A stretch of 64,000 bases of DNA, from NCBI GenBank assembly GCA_905178155.1, contig CAJINV010000003.1, positions 1,731,557 to 1,795,556 of the forward strand, given 5' to 3'. The translations under genes and the position numbers were made by a program. A model generated the notes under the pieces. The model did no database searches, was not told the origin of the DNA, and was given only the letters and a program-made list of their open reading frames with translations. Shown in pieces: positions 44,809 through 58,235 of the stretch (the stretch's first letter is position 1; each line of letters begins with the position of its first letter). The DNA is from Amoebophrya sp. A120. Its lineage: Eukaryota > Protista > Dinoflagellata.

Positions 44809-45704
44809 GATTGTGAGCCCAGGCAGCTGTCAGCTTCTCTGTAGTCTGACTTCGACTCTTGTTGTGAGTGTAATTGTGTCTTGGTGTTGTGGCTGCGAGC
44901 GAAAGAACACCTGCGTGCCCTTGCTCTACATTTGCTACACTAGTACCTATTCTGCACCTAGATGCCAGTACTGTCATCAATGAAGCGGAAGTCAGCTCTT
45001 ACTGACGTACACTATATACATTCTCGTTTTCTAGCTACATCAACTCTCTAGCAGCCCTACACCTGCTACAACTCCTTTGGGGGCCACGGGATACTTGCCC
45101 TGCATTTTCACTTGGCAAAAAGGTAAACGGTGACACATCTCCCACACTGAAAATTCCTGAACCTGCTGCTGGTACGCTTTTTTCAATAGAGAAGAAATCA
45201 GACGCTGAAGCAAGATGGAAAGACATCAACCGCCAGCACTACGTTACACAGAGTGCTGAGAGTGCGGTGGTTCGTCCGTCAGCGCTCAAAACTCGGTCAC
45301 ATCATCGATCCAGACACAATGAAGACCAGAAAGATCACTTTGAAATTCGTCGGCGCACGCTGCTGCAATCCACTGCTTCAAATAACGGAGAAATGACATC
45401 CACATCGTCTGCGCGAAAACTGTAGCGATTCCCTGAAAAGGTTTGAATGATCAGCCTCGATTCTGATTGTGAAAGTTCAGATTTCTATGTTTCTCCTGCA
45501 CAGCACCTTGGATAACATTTTGTTTTTCCTAATCATAATCAAGTTTTGCACTTGATGTTGTTGTTGAGTGATGTTGTTCTTCATCTCATATCGCTTGGCT
45601 GAGACTGTCGCATACTTTATGAACTTCAATATTTATTGGAAGTTGTCCGCTGCTGCATGATAAATCTGTAAAATCTTTTCTTCACGGGCAACTTTCGTGT
45701 TTCT

Positions 45705-47701
45705 TCACGTGAAACCGTCGCCGTCCCCCGTATTCGTGTTAGTTGCTGGATTGTGTAATTTAACTTTGCTTGCTCGCGACGAGGGTGGCCGCGAGGTACT
45801 TCGAACCCCAGGAGGTGGCTGTGGTTGCGGCACCACTTTGCCCAGGTCATCTAGGTCCACCAGTGGTGGGAGTGAGACCGACGACGGTCCTTTCTCTGGT
45901 GACTCTGCAGTGACCCGTTCATCCGGAAGTCTCCCTTGTGTTGGCTGCGGCGCAGGTCTATTGTCGCGACCTTCCACTTCAGTTACAGTTCCCGTTTCTT
46001 CTTCCCCTCCGACACGACCTGCGCCAGCTTGTAGTTGTAGTTCCAGCGGCAGCAACGTTTCCGCTTTCATCGCTTGTGCGTTGTCGTCAGAGTGCGATCC
46101 TTGATGATCGTGTTGCTGTGACGTTTTTGGTTCGTCTACTGTGGCCCCGCCTGCGCCTTCGTTTTTCCCCTTCTGCAGAAGCAAAGCATCTTTTGCTCCA
46201 GTACTGCTAGCCTTAGTCTCGTCGTGGGCAAGAACATAGTTCCGCTCCTCCAGTACCTCCGTCAAGTCGGCGCCGTCATCTTCGCCTTCTTCGTTCCGTT
46301 GGCGTATGCCGTCCTGGATCTCTTGCGCATACTTCTCAACGCGATCCACTGCAAATGTGTCTCGGTCTGGAGGAAAGCGAGGTTTGTCATGCACGTTTTT
46401 TATGTCCCACGATGCCTTGCCTGTAATGCATGACCTAGCATCACAGATTTTTAGACGTCGGCTTCCTGATGCCTATCCCGCATGAGAAATGGCGTACTGG
46501 CGTAGCACAGACTGGACTCCTCTGGCTGCTGAAGCAATACAGATTTTTTTCGAATTCAAAGACAGCATCACAAGTTGCAACCTTGTTCCAGACCCAGACA
46601 TATTTGCGATGCATAAACGCGATCCACCAGATCTTCGTCGCAGTCTCGGCGCAGGTGCTTCTCCTGCTGAAGTTGGAGTCGGAGCTCGTAGAAAATTTCC
46701 AGGCAGTAGGCGTGGAACTCCTCTGCCGGAGTGACCTGCACGTCGGCATTCGGACTGGTATCAACGACGGGCGACACGCTGCGGACTGCGTTGAGGGAAT
46801 GAAGCTTCTCGGCAGTCTCAGCGACATACTCATCCATCTTCGTGTTCAAGGTCGGGAAAAGCGTGTCCAAGGTGTCGGAGAAGACCTTGCATAATAAATC
46901 AGAATAAAGAGGGAACTTCAACATTTAGTTTTTCATTTTTCCGCCTCGAAAAATGAGAACACGTCCGTGAGGACTCGGCAGCTGTGTCGTCACCATTTTC
47001 TATTACACCTTGAACTTCTAGCTGTGAGTGGGTTCTTTTGCAGCTTTTACTTGTAACTTTAGCTAGACCAAGATCATCAAATTCAAATTTGAAGTTGTAC
47101 AACTTTGTCGACAGCAGCAGCGCATGGTGTTGCTAAGTACCTGGTGCCCTTGTGGAGCATGGTCTCGTTCCTTCTCGAACACTTTCCGAATGCTCTCCGT
47201 GCAGTTTTCCAATCGAGACAACTCCTGTTGCAGTTGCTTGATATCTGCGGCGTTTTCCGTGTTCTGTTGCGCTTTTTTCACTTCGAGAGCTTCGCAGCGA
47301 ACGTGCAGTGCGCGAAATGAATTTTGCAGCTTCTCCACTTTTGCCTGCACCTTCTGCTCGACGTGAAGGAAAATTTCGGTCCCCGCGTCTTCGTGCAAGT
47401 GGCGAAGTGCCTTGTAAGCCGCTTCCCTCCGTCCCTGTTCTGTGGCCAGCGTGCGTTCCAAGAGGTCGAGGTGCGCCTTCGCCGCTTTTTGCTCCTCCGG
47501 TACTTCCTCTAAGGCGGCAGCGTCTCGCTCGCTCTGCAGCTGCTGGGCGCATTCTTGCAGCGCGGCCGACCCTGCTGCTAACTTCTGCCGCAAGCGTGCA
47601 TTCGGACTGGAGGCTTCGATTTTTGGCGATGGAGGAAATTCTAGCTTTTGCTCCTGCAAAAGAGTTGGCGACGAGCAGGCAGGAGAAGCTGTACTGGCCA
47701 T
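45705..47701 (-). CDS. Hypothetical coiled-coil protein, multi-exon
   Basis: ORFs 47063-47701, 46568-46924 and 45705-46394. The last two join via introner 46343-46615 (LVDRV|EKYAQ). Confidence 0.7.
46343..46615 (+). mobile_element. Introner-like MITE, family 2
   Basis: tgcaaatgtgtctcggtctgga / tccagacccagacatatttgc. Direct repeat aacgc (46338-46342, 46616-46620), extending to the 12-mer aacgcgatccac. Confidence 0.9.
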
Positions 47702-48897
47702 CTCGGTGATTGGAAGTACTTATAGCAGAAAAGTAGAGACTGAGACCACAGGAGAAGGCTTCTTCAAGACGGTTCTAGTGCTCTTGGCTTCCGAGGAGAA
47801 CCCACCCTCTGGACGCAGACGCTCTCGGCAAAGACAGCAGAATACTTAAACACTTACTCGACCACCACAATATTTCGTGGCTTTAATAGCGACCGAAGAT
47901 ACAACAGGGCGAAGGCATGAGCCGGCCGTATGGATGCTGTGTGGTCAGATCCTCGTCATGAAATGCATTTCGTCTACTGAGTTCGGGCCCTCCGGAGGCT
48001 GAGTGAACATTGTCGCATTTTTAGCGACGGAGAATTCATCCCCGCACGGAAAGAGCACGAGTGCAAGCCGTGACCGGCTAGGCAAATCATTTTTTTTTTC
48101 TTGGTATATTCGTCGTTTATTATCTGGGAAGTGGCATTGACATTGGTCGCGGAGGGAATACTGTACGGTGGTCCTGCCGATGAACGCACGTTGCATACCT
48201 CGGCTTCTGGGGTAGGAGCTACTTTTCCTTCTGTTCATAGGATGCTGGGGTAGGACTAGTAGGTTTCATCACTTACACTTGCGGCTGGATGTCTCAGAAA
48301 AAAACGCCTAAACTCTATTCGGGTCGTGCTAACGTAAAAGCGTCACTTCCCGCAGGGTCGCCAGATAAGTGACGAGCAATGTCGGCGAGCGCGAGAAGAA
48401 GGGCGCGCGCCCGTTCGACATACCTTTTCCTTGACGGAGATATTGGCACAGACTTTGAGTCAAATTCCGTTCCTGCGGAAACGTGACCGGTGTCTTGATG
48501 TTGAGAAAACTGGGGTACTCTAAGCATGCGTAGCAGCACGACGGTGCACATTGCCGCAACTGCAAGCTGTGCAGGGTGTAGACGCTGTACTTTTTTGAAA
48601 CACAGACTCTAGGTACAAATACATTTACTGGCATTTTCAAATTCCTTTTCTGCTCATCGAGCAGTTCCTGCCTCTGGGTGGTGTACTTCGCTTCGACATC
48701 GTTTTATTTCGATTTCTGAGCGGCTGATATTAGTGATCATCGTATTTCTAGCAAATGAGTTTCTTTGAGCTGTTGAGCGCGACCGTGAAAATAGGTAATA
48801 TTGTCAAGGTAAGAGCAAAAGTTCTTGAGTGAGTAGTATCGCCCCCACTGTGCGCAGTACCGGTGGGCGATTTTTATTCAAGGAATCGCGGCGCTGT

Positions 48898-50712
48898 TTA
48901 CGACTTGGGTAAAATGCTGGTTTCCAGCTTGTCGGGAAACATGACCTTGGCCCTGGACGCGTTCGAGATTACGGACTCGAAATCTTCGTCGTAGCGGGCG
49001 ATTACCATCGGGTAGCGACTCTTGAGCAATACGTTCCCTGATACGGACCCGAGGTACGATTTTGCCTGCTGCAACCGCTTCACGTTCGTGCCCATGCAGA
49101 TAAAGTCGACCTGGAGAAGTGTATTGATTAGATACAGGGCACTTAGATGAACATGAAGACGTGAGTCGTAAGCTTCATGAGCACAACATATGGAAGACAC
49201 GCATCATCAAAAAAGAGAATGAGAAGGCAACTTGCTACGAAGACAACGAGGCCGGGGCCGGTTAAGCTTAAGTATAGGGCTCAACGATTGAAGAAAAGAT
49301 GCACAAAATTAAAACTGAATGACACTATTTATTATACGTCAGTCTCGGATTCGTCCGCCCACTTGAGGATGGTCTCCGAGACCCCGGCACCACCGCTGTT
49401 GACTGTGACGAGCTGGATATTACGTGGCTTGTGGAACTTCTTGGAAACTCGGTCGATCAACTTCTCGTAGTAGGCTACCTGAGACTTCTTGTCCGCGTCA
49501 TCCTCAAAGATCACCCTCAAAACCGTGATTTTGTCCCCGGGTGACGAGAGAACCAAAGCGTCGTGGAAGGCTTTCTCCGACCTGATTTGTATTTTTGATT
49601 TATCCACCGCCCGACGTTTTCTTTTCTTTCCCGCCATGCAAATAATGTATGAATGTTCTTGCTGCCACAAAGAATGTTTCTATCGTCCTCGCAGAAACAA
49701 GAAAGCACGATCGTATTGATGTTGATTTCACATGATTCAACACCCGCAAGAGCAGTAGTTGGCCCACACGTGCTAGCACTTTTTACTGACGTTGCATCCA
49801 TCACCAGGGCCAGGAGCTTCAACGTCGAGAAGTGAAAAGCAAGCAGAAAAAGTACCACTTGCTGAGATCGACTGGCACCAGGTAGTGCAATTTTTGGTTT
49901 GGTGCGTCTTCGGCGGGAACCCAATCGCGGAGGACGATCATGGAACACCTGCTGTAGGCCAGAGCGTAGGAAACATCACTGGCCAGGAGCTGCTCCTCGG
50001 ACGCGTTTTTGCCGCCCTTGAAGCCCATCAGCATGAAGTCGATGCACTGCCCCTTCTGCTCGCGCTTCATGGTCCACTCGCATAACTGCTTCCCCTCCTT
50101 CTCGACCTTCTCTAGCATGAGCAGCTTAAACCGATCTCCGTGCGCGATATCAAGGCTGACAAGTGTTTTTTTATTTTTTTACGGCATGATTTCATTTCAT
50201 TCTTGGACGGGTACATGACTAAGATACCCTGATGATCGATCTTTTATTAGCCACGAAATTTCGTTTTTTTCCGAATGATGTTGACAATGACAAGCTTTAC
50301 TACGACGAGCGTGAGTGGGACGGGGGTAGAGCAAGAAGTTGTTTACAAGAACAGAAAGGCTGCAATTGCAATCGCTGCACCTGCAAGAAGTACTATACAT
50401 AGTTCCTTTTATTCAACGTTAAAAAAAGTAGTACGCTGTGATGTCCGAGGCAATGACGTCCTTCTTGAAGGGTCGCATAAGGTCTCCCTGTGCTGTGGTG
50501 TCGTAGATGTGCACTATCTCGACAGTGGAGTTGGGCTTCTTCGGGAAGTACTGATTGTAAGCGAGGTCGATGCATGCGCGGGCGCCCTTAGAACCGTCGT
50601 GCGCAACGGCGAAGGCAACCGGCTCCTCGTCGAGATCCTCGACCGCCGTCAAATCGGGGGCGAACTTCGGGAGCTTCACCCCGGAGTGCCCCGTGGGCAG
50701 TGGCGCCGCCAT
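48898..50712 (-). CDS. Tandem universal stress protein (USP) domain protein, multi-exon
   Basis: FAVAHDGSKGARAC, IDFMLMGFKG...SDVSYALAYSRCSMIVLR, YLVPVDLS and VDFICMGT...YLGSVSGNVLLKSRYPMVIAR. Confidence 0.85.
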
Positions 50713-51575
50713 GATGTCGCTCCTTCTTGATCGAGATAAACTTCTGTATAGCTCTATGAGGCGGCTGCAATGAATACTTTGACTTTGTGTGGGTTTCAAA
50801 AATTTATTCAAAAGTTAGTTCGACACTTTGGTATTTCAGGGGGAAAAAGTAGAGGACGCAGGTTTATAGAAACACCAGGAATTATTGTACTACTGGGTCG
50901 AGCGAGTTTTTTGATAAACAAGAGCTGGCTCATGACGACTCCTCATGACGGCATTGGCTACCTACTCCTACAACTTTGCGCTCTCAAGAGATATCACTCT
51001 CGAACGATATTTTCATTTGCTACCCACTCGTATACATGTACATCTCGCAACAAGTTCCTGTGCGATGAGCTCTCGAAATATAAATACTCAGAGCCTCTCA
51101 GTAGAAATAAGCTTCTGAGCAGGAGCGACGGCAAGTAAACGACGGCTATCTCTCATTCACAAGTTGTCATCAACAGATTGACCACCGAGGACCATCGAAG
51201 TAATGCGACTGGCGAGAGAATCCGGTCTCGTTTCTCTACTACCAGTTGCGATACCTAACGAACACATTAGCACGGTAGTGCTGCTTAAGTACCCTGTTGC
51301 CAACATTCTTGCAACATTGGAAGGTAACATAGATCTAGCAGAGAATCACGTTTCGTTGTACTTCTTCCACACAAACATCACAGATAGTATGTACAACAGC
51401 TGCGCGTGCGCATGAATGTCGTTTGAAAAAATCGTTTTCGTATCTTGCCGCTCGTGTTCTCACGATGTACGTCGAGTACGAGGTAATATCAAGATCATGT
51501 CGCCGTGAGCACCCATGTTTGCGCTCGCCAATTTCTTTGTGGTCAAGCCAGTACTAGGATGGCAAGAAATCATGT

Positions 51576-53554
51576 CTACGCGCCCTTGGCCTTATTCTCC
51601 TTGTCTTTTTCTTTTTCCTTGTCCTGTTCTTTTTCTTTGGCTTCTTTTTCCTTCTTGTCCTTTTCTTCCTTTTCCGCCTTAGCTTCATCCTCACGAAACT
51701 TCTTGGAGTTGATCTTGTTCTGGACGAGGTTGTGCAGCGCGAGCATAGACCTGAAGTTGTATGTAAATGGAGGAATTCGTGCACGACCATTGGCAATGGC
51801 ATTAAAGGTTTTAGGGCGGCTGCAGGTAGCTGTGAATGAGTACGAAGTAGCCAGAATATGACTACCAGACGGCTGAGTTGCCTCCTAGCGGCTGAGTCGC
51901 CTGACGGAAAATAAAAGCACAGTAACAGCACGCTCCTGTTCGATGTTTCTACCGTACCTGAGCATGACTCCGGAGTATATTCCCATGTACTGGTCGTTCG
52001 TTTCGTGGGCGCAAAATTCGACCATCTCTGCACTGTCCTGCATTTCTGGAAGGTCGTTGAAGATTCGCTGCAGCTTCTCCAGTATGACTGCATTGTAAGG
52101 AAACTTGCCTTCATGCACCAAGTGCAAATACTCCTTCACGTCCTTCAACTTGCCGACTAGCGTACGCAGCGCACGGCTCTTGTTTCCTATTCTGGCGGCT
52201 AGCGTGGACGTCGCGCGGTTTTGGATGTCGCGCAGCAAATGCTCGGTGCCGACCTAGAATCATTTTCGATTACGAAAAATGCATGTGACGAGCTAGTACA
52301 CATGCGAACGCGAACCGGAAAGGAATGAAGAACGGGAAAAAAAAATGTAAACTGCCTCTTTGTGCTGAAAGTGGATGTTGAAAGTGTAGGGATTTCATTC
52401 CGAAATACCTCTTCTGCTTCGTCAGCTCCGAAAGCGGAAGGAATGGTTCGGAATGTTCGTGTGAATGAGCCGTCGAACGTCTTTTCAGCGACCGAGTAGT
52501 ACCTAGGTCGCAATGATAGAAGACACAAATTGCAGAGGGGAAGACGAAGATCACCAATTTTTTTTTTTGCAGATGTAGTCTCGCTAGAGCCGGCCGCGTG
52601 GGTGCGTGGTCTTCATGTAGACATACGCACCAAATGATGATGTAGAGGTTGAACCAGAAATGCCTGAAACTTACAAAAACAAAAAGTGATACGCTTCCAT
52701 GGGGAGCTCGTTTTCCTTGGGCTGGACTTCCATGATGAGAAATACTGGCTCCTTGCAATACTTCCGATAGAGCTCGTGAATTTGTATATCCGCGGGTTTT
52801 ATTTTTGGGCCGCTTGAGTACCTGAATCATTGTCATGTGCAGGAACATCAATGGCAATGGGCTTCGGCTTGGACACAATGAGAAAATGAAAAGAATCATC
52901 CTAGGACGAGGACGCGCCAGAATCTTCTTCACATAGTGAGTTCCGTTGCAGCTACTTGCTATTGCTTCCAATTTTATAACATGAAACAGCAAGAAGAAGA
53001 ACAACTTTCTTACCAGCCTACTATGTGCTCCTTCGCGTTGACCTTTTTGTGCATTCCCGAGAGTTGCTCGTGATAGTTGTGGTCGAGGAACCAAACATTC
53101 GGATCCCGTGCTTCTTCTTCGAAGGGAACGGCGAAGCTTGTCAGGATGTGCATCTTATTATCTCTTACCTGTTGTAGTTGAGCATCGTCATGTTTTCTTA
53201 CCTCTACTACTGCAAAGACAGGAGTATTGTGTAGTTTTTGATAACATCAAGATCAACTGGTACGTAAAGCCAAGGGCAAGGAGTCATGATCTATGAATGC
53301 ATGCAAATGCCAATGCAAACCGGTTGTTTGTACGTACTACGTACTAAAAATACGCTACTTCAAAACAAAAATCCTCACTCTGATAAGATTACCTCCCCGA
53401 GCAGCGTGCCGACGACGCGCTTGCTGGTGCCCTTGGCAACTCGGTTATAGTGGTCCACAACGCTGAGCAGGACGATGGGGTGGACTACCACCTCCAACGG
53501 GGGTGTTGGACTCTCGATGAAAGTCTCCCCGGCTTCCTGTACTTGCGTCGACAT
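51576..53554 (-). CDS. RPN8: 26S proteasome regulatory subunit Rpn8/PSMD7 (MPN domain), multi-exon
   Basis: [55 protein letters not shown] and a KE-rich C-tail. Introns appear GT-AG. Confidence 0.92.
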
Positions 53555-55284
53555 CGTGTCGCAGCGGATGTAGTTTTGTCGTATTTAATACCAAGTCCTC
53601 GATATCGGCCCTTGATTTTGATGAGCAAGAGCAAGCCTCTCGAAGCTGCTTATTTCGGGTTCCTTTGGTCGTCTGATTTCGAGGAGATAAATGCGCTTGA
53701 TATCGAACCCCTGTGCTGCTGGGGATGATTGAGGCGCTATAGGAGGTCGGTAAACTCACTGGTGGCTGGCGTTGGTGCGGTTGTCCGTTTCGGTTTATTT
53801 TTTCGGGGCACGGGGGGCTCCGGTACGGGGCGTCTTCCTTCGGTGCTGCTGTGGCGGTCAAAAATAACTGTCGTCGCTATGCCGTCTGTGCCAAGTTCGC
53901 GTTTACCAGCGACGACGTGCAACGCGGGTAGCGAGGATTGTTCGCACCCAACATCGTCAGTAGGTGGCCTTCAAATGAGGTTGTCGCGCTCAGACTTACT
54001 TTGCTTTCTTTGAAGACAGGACCAGGACCCAGCTAAAAGTTCAAAAAAGTCGCCTAGGACTAGTACACTAAATCAACTGCTATACTACTCGTTCTTCTTG
54101 CTTGAAATACGAAAATCTCATAAATTCTTTTTATGTCGCTATTTAAATTTGCTGTGAAATCGCTGGAGAAACTCAGGATGGATTCGCGCGAATCAATACA
54201 GATCTAATTGAACAAGATCTGGAGCATCTTGGCAACTGTGTTGTTCTTCTAGTTCTACGTCTGATGATCATTGCGGAGCTTGCTACCTTATGTATGTAGG
54301 ACGGATTAATCCCTCGCTACTAGAGCTGCAGGAAGCCAAGCAATAGAATTGGCATCTTGATGAGATGAAAGGGATCGCCAAGCCGAACGAGAGATGCAGC
54401 ACGTGGAAATGGAATCGTGGTCTCGAGGACGCCAAATAAATGCAAAATATGCAGGCGAAAGCGAGACGTTATTTCCTCGAACAAGCACGAACATGTTGCT
54501 GTTGTGAAACAATTCCAACACAGCGGTGTGATATCATCTGTTTTTTCATAATATTTTCATTTTTCTACTTTCATCAAATTATGTAGGGTGGTACTTGCTT
54601 CGTTTCATCAAGGACGTGCTACGGTTTCGTTTGAGCCTCACACCAGTTGTGCAATAGAGATACTATGCTGACGAGAGTAAATTGTGCTCAGCAACTGCTT
54701 TGTTTGTAGATGGATAGAATAAGTATTCGTGGTCAATCGGTAGGCACAAGAGCTTGGTTCGTTTTCTACGTAAATGTTTCCGTTCATTTGAGCAAACCTA
54801 TCATGGGGCCGGCCCTCCGTGCCGGGAAGGAAGCCGGATTGTCTTGTCGTTTCATCCAAAAGCAGAAGTAAAGAAATCGCTTTCATCGTTTCTACAACAT
54901 CTGAGGCATTTCAAAAAATATTCATTCGCAGCGACATCTTAGATGCGTGAAACTCAATTGCACATTGGAGAGGATAGTCTTTTTGTGTCGCCAAAATTTA
55001 ACATCAACTTTTTTGCTTGATGTTTCAAGGTGCTATACAACTAGTGGCTGCACATCTGATCTGCACGAGCGCAACAGCGGTTGGTGTAGACAGTAGACAG
55101 AGGTAGACTGCTCGAGGACATGTGCGCCCATACGAGTAAAGCCGACACTTTTTGATGTTCCGACTAGTGTGTGTGAATGTCCGCAAAGTGAAGAGCAGCA
55201 ATAAACCAAATCCTCCCGCCGTCCTCGCAGCATAAAGTTTTATTCTAAACAAAACAATATCCATATCGCACCACGTCGAAGGAA

Positions 55285-58235
55285 TTACCGTCGGCGTGAT
55301 GAGCGACAACTGCTTTTACTCCTCGCGCGGTCTTTCGACGTCGAGAGGCTCCTGCTCCGTCGCCGGCGGTCTCGTTCGCGTCCGTGTCTACTGTAGTCGC
55401 TTCCCTTTCTCGCCTTTCTAGGAGACGCCCTTTCTCGACTGCGGTCTCGGTCCCCACGAGGCGTGCGTGCGCGATGCCGACCACGGTCCTGGCTGCGGCG
55501 CGGACCACCGTTGGTGCCGTTATTTCCAGAGTTGTTTTGGATCTGCTCCCAGGACCGGTGCAAACGCTGGCACTTTTCCGGCACCTTCTGAGCAACCATC
55601 TGCAGATACTCCGTGTGCTTCTTGTTTAGAATTTCTACCTCCTCCGGGGGGTGATACTTGCTGCACTTGCCCTCACCATAGTACTTCCACGTGATGCAAT
55701 CCACACCGCGCTCGCACCGCGGTTTCTCTTTATTGGTAGCGTTGTTTGCCACCAGCGGTTTCATCTGCAAAACATCAGCCATACTATTCGTAGAAGGCCG
55801 ACGAGTTGTTGGTGCGGTCGCAAGTCCACCGCTAGTACCTTCTCTAGTACATCCACTTTTTGCGACCTCCTTGTCGCTCGCCATTGCAGCATCACGCTCG
55901 AGGAGAATGACCTTATTCTTCTCCACCGCCGCTTCTAATTTGCAGGTGTCTAGTTGGACTGGAATGGAAGGAATCAGGTGCTGGTGCGTCGTGGAGCCAC
56001 CGCCGGCGTTTTGATCGACAAGGGCGCACTGTGGTTGGTCGGTAATCTGAATGTCCCCAAGCGACGGCGGGTGGATCCTGCTGTAATCGGCCAAGTCAAT
56101 CGTTGCTGGGGGATAGACGGCATTTGCGTCATCATCGAAATCTTCCGAAGGGGATCGAAAGCTGGGCGGGCATTGAGAATGACTACTTCCAGTTCCACCC
56201 GCCCATTCTTTTGCTAAAATCAAACGCTCGTGCTGCAAATGGAACTCTGTGCTGAGTGATGAAGCCGTGGCTTTGTTCAACAAACTTCGATCTGCTACCG
56301 TGGTCACCCCCATCGGGACGCTGGAGCTGGAAGTAGATGAAGGTTGCACGACACTGAGATTCGGATGGTGATTGTCGCGGAAAAATGGGCTGTTCTGGTG
56401 ATCACCTGTCGCGGCCGCCGCTGCACCAAACGCAATTTGTCCCGCAGAATGCTTTTGATGTCCTGCTACTTCTTGAAGATGAGAAAGTTTTTGTTGATAA
56501 TCCGCGCCGTGGTCATCTTCTTGTTCTTCTGCAGTACGACCAAGGCCACCATTACGACGCCGACCACGCTCGGCGTTGCTCGTCATAGCCTGTGCTGGAG
56601 TCCGTGCTGTCCCCGGATTGTTGCATTGCAACGGAGTCGACGTCCTCTTTTGAGCATGATCTTGATCACTCTGTTGAGCCCCTACTGCAACTGCGTTCTT
56701 TTTGGTACTTGTGCGCGACGAGGACATCTTCGGCGTTTTGCGCTTGGACGACCCAGCAGCTGCAGTGTCGTTGTTCCGTTTTTTCTTGTCAGAAGCAGGG
56801 TCGTTGCGCCTTCGACGATTTTTCCTTCTGCCGGAGCTGCGTCGCGAGGACACGGAAGACGAAGATGCCTTCACCTTCTCGCTGTGCTGTCGGCGTCTTC
56901 GATCGCGCCCGCGACTGCGGCTTTTGCTGCGAGAGTACGTCTTTTTATGCTGCTTCTTTCTGTCCGAGGTGTTTTCACGGCCAGTGATGTGGTCCCTGCG
57001 GGCCTGTGTGTTGAGTCGATATTTGATAGAAGATGTAGATGTGGAAAAATCAAAAGGCACGCAAGAACTACGAGACGAGTTACAATACTCGATAGGGGTG
57101 CGAAAAGTAAAAATGCAAATATGGAAGATTTTCCAAACCTGCTTCGGTTGGAGAAGCACAAGCAAGTAAGTAGGTAAGTAAGTACCTCCGAACGTCGACT
57201 CCCTTCTTCATCTTCACGACCCGCAGATGACTCTTTAATGTGCGATTTTCGCTTGGAAGCCGTGCCTCCCCCTTTGTTGTCCTCTGCGATTTCCTCCTGG
57301 TCCGTTTGTTTGTTATTGCTGCGACGTGCAGAGCCTCCACCTCCTGCAGTATCCAGGTTTCGGTTTGAGGAAAACCCGCTCCGCACCGCAACGTTGGAGG
57401 CCGCTCCGTCGGGTGTGTCGTCGTCGAAAATGAGGTTTTCGTCCACAATTTGGTCCAGCATTTTTCGGACCGTCTCCGCGCCCTGCTCGTGGACAAATAG
57501 CTCTAAAACGAACTTCGTCACGTCTTGCAACGATTGCTCCACCTTGTCGTTCTTCTCCTGCAGCTTCTGGACCTCCTCCTTCCGATTTCTTTTCTCGTCC
57601 TTCAAGTCCTGCTTCAGCTGGTCGACTTGCTTTTCCAACCGCTTCCTCGCGGCCCTCTCTGTCTGGTCTTTAGTTCCGTGGTTTTGGTCCCCTCCTGCCC
57701 GTACCCGGTCGCGTTCCCGGTCATCGCTTTTGACTCTGTCCGCCCTGTTTTCTTGCTGCGCGGACCTGGTTCTGGCGTTGGCCGCATTCACTTCTTGCTT
57801 TTTCTTTGCCACGTCCTGCTTCAGCCTTTCAATCTCCGCATCCTTCGACACGCATAGACGCTCCAGCTCCGGCTTCTGCAGACCATGCAAATCTACTTCT
57901 AGCGCGTTCATCTTTATTCCCGAGGCTTTGTCTTTGTCGGTGCCACGACCTGTTTTCGGTCGCGTCGCCTCTTTGTTTTTGCTCGAGCCTTGTCTGGACT
58001 TCGATTTTGACTTTTTCTCGTCACCACGGCCGCGCTCCCGATCACGGTCTCGATCCCGGTCGGTTCGACGGTCTTTTGGGGACCGAGAACGTTGCTCACG
58101 GTCCCGGTCGCGGCGGTCCATTCGCTTGTCGTGGATGTTGTTCGCCTGATGATGGTGTTGGCGACTGACGTGTGAGGCAGTCGTACCACGTGTTCGTCTT
58201 CTACCAGCAGAGGCGACTCGAGCTGGCTCCTGCAA
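55285..58235 (-). CDS. RS/RD-rich coiled-coil protein with a CCCH-like zinc finger
   Basis: Two long ORFs joined by a probable GT-AG intron at about 57003-57185. RS/RD repeats at both ends; motif CERGVDCITWKYYGEGKCSKYH. Confidence 0.7.

Noticed and set aside
47880-48890. Possible decayed element and hairpin atcgccc...gggcgat near 48838-48871
   Set aside because: No diagnostic motif; a single short imperfect hairpin is not enough to assign function.
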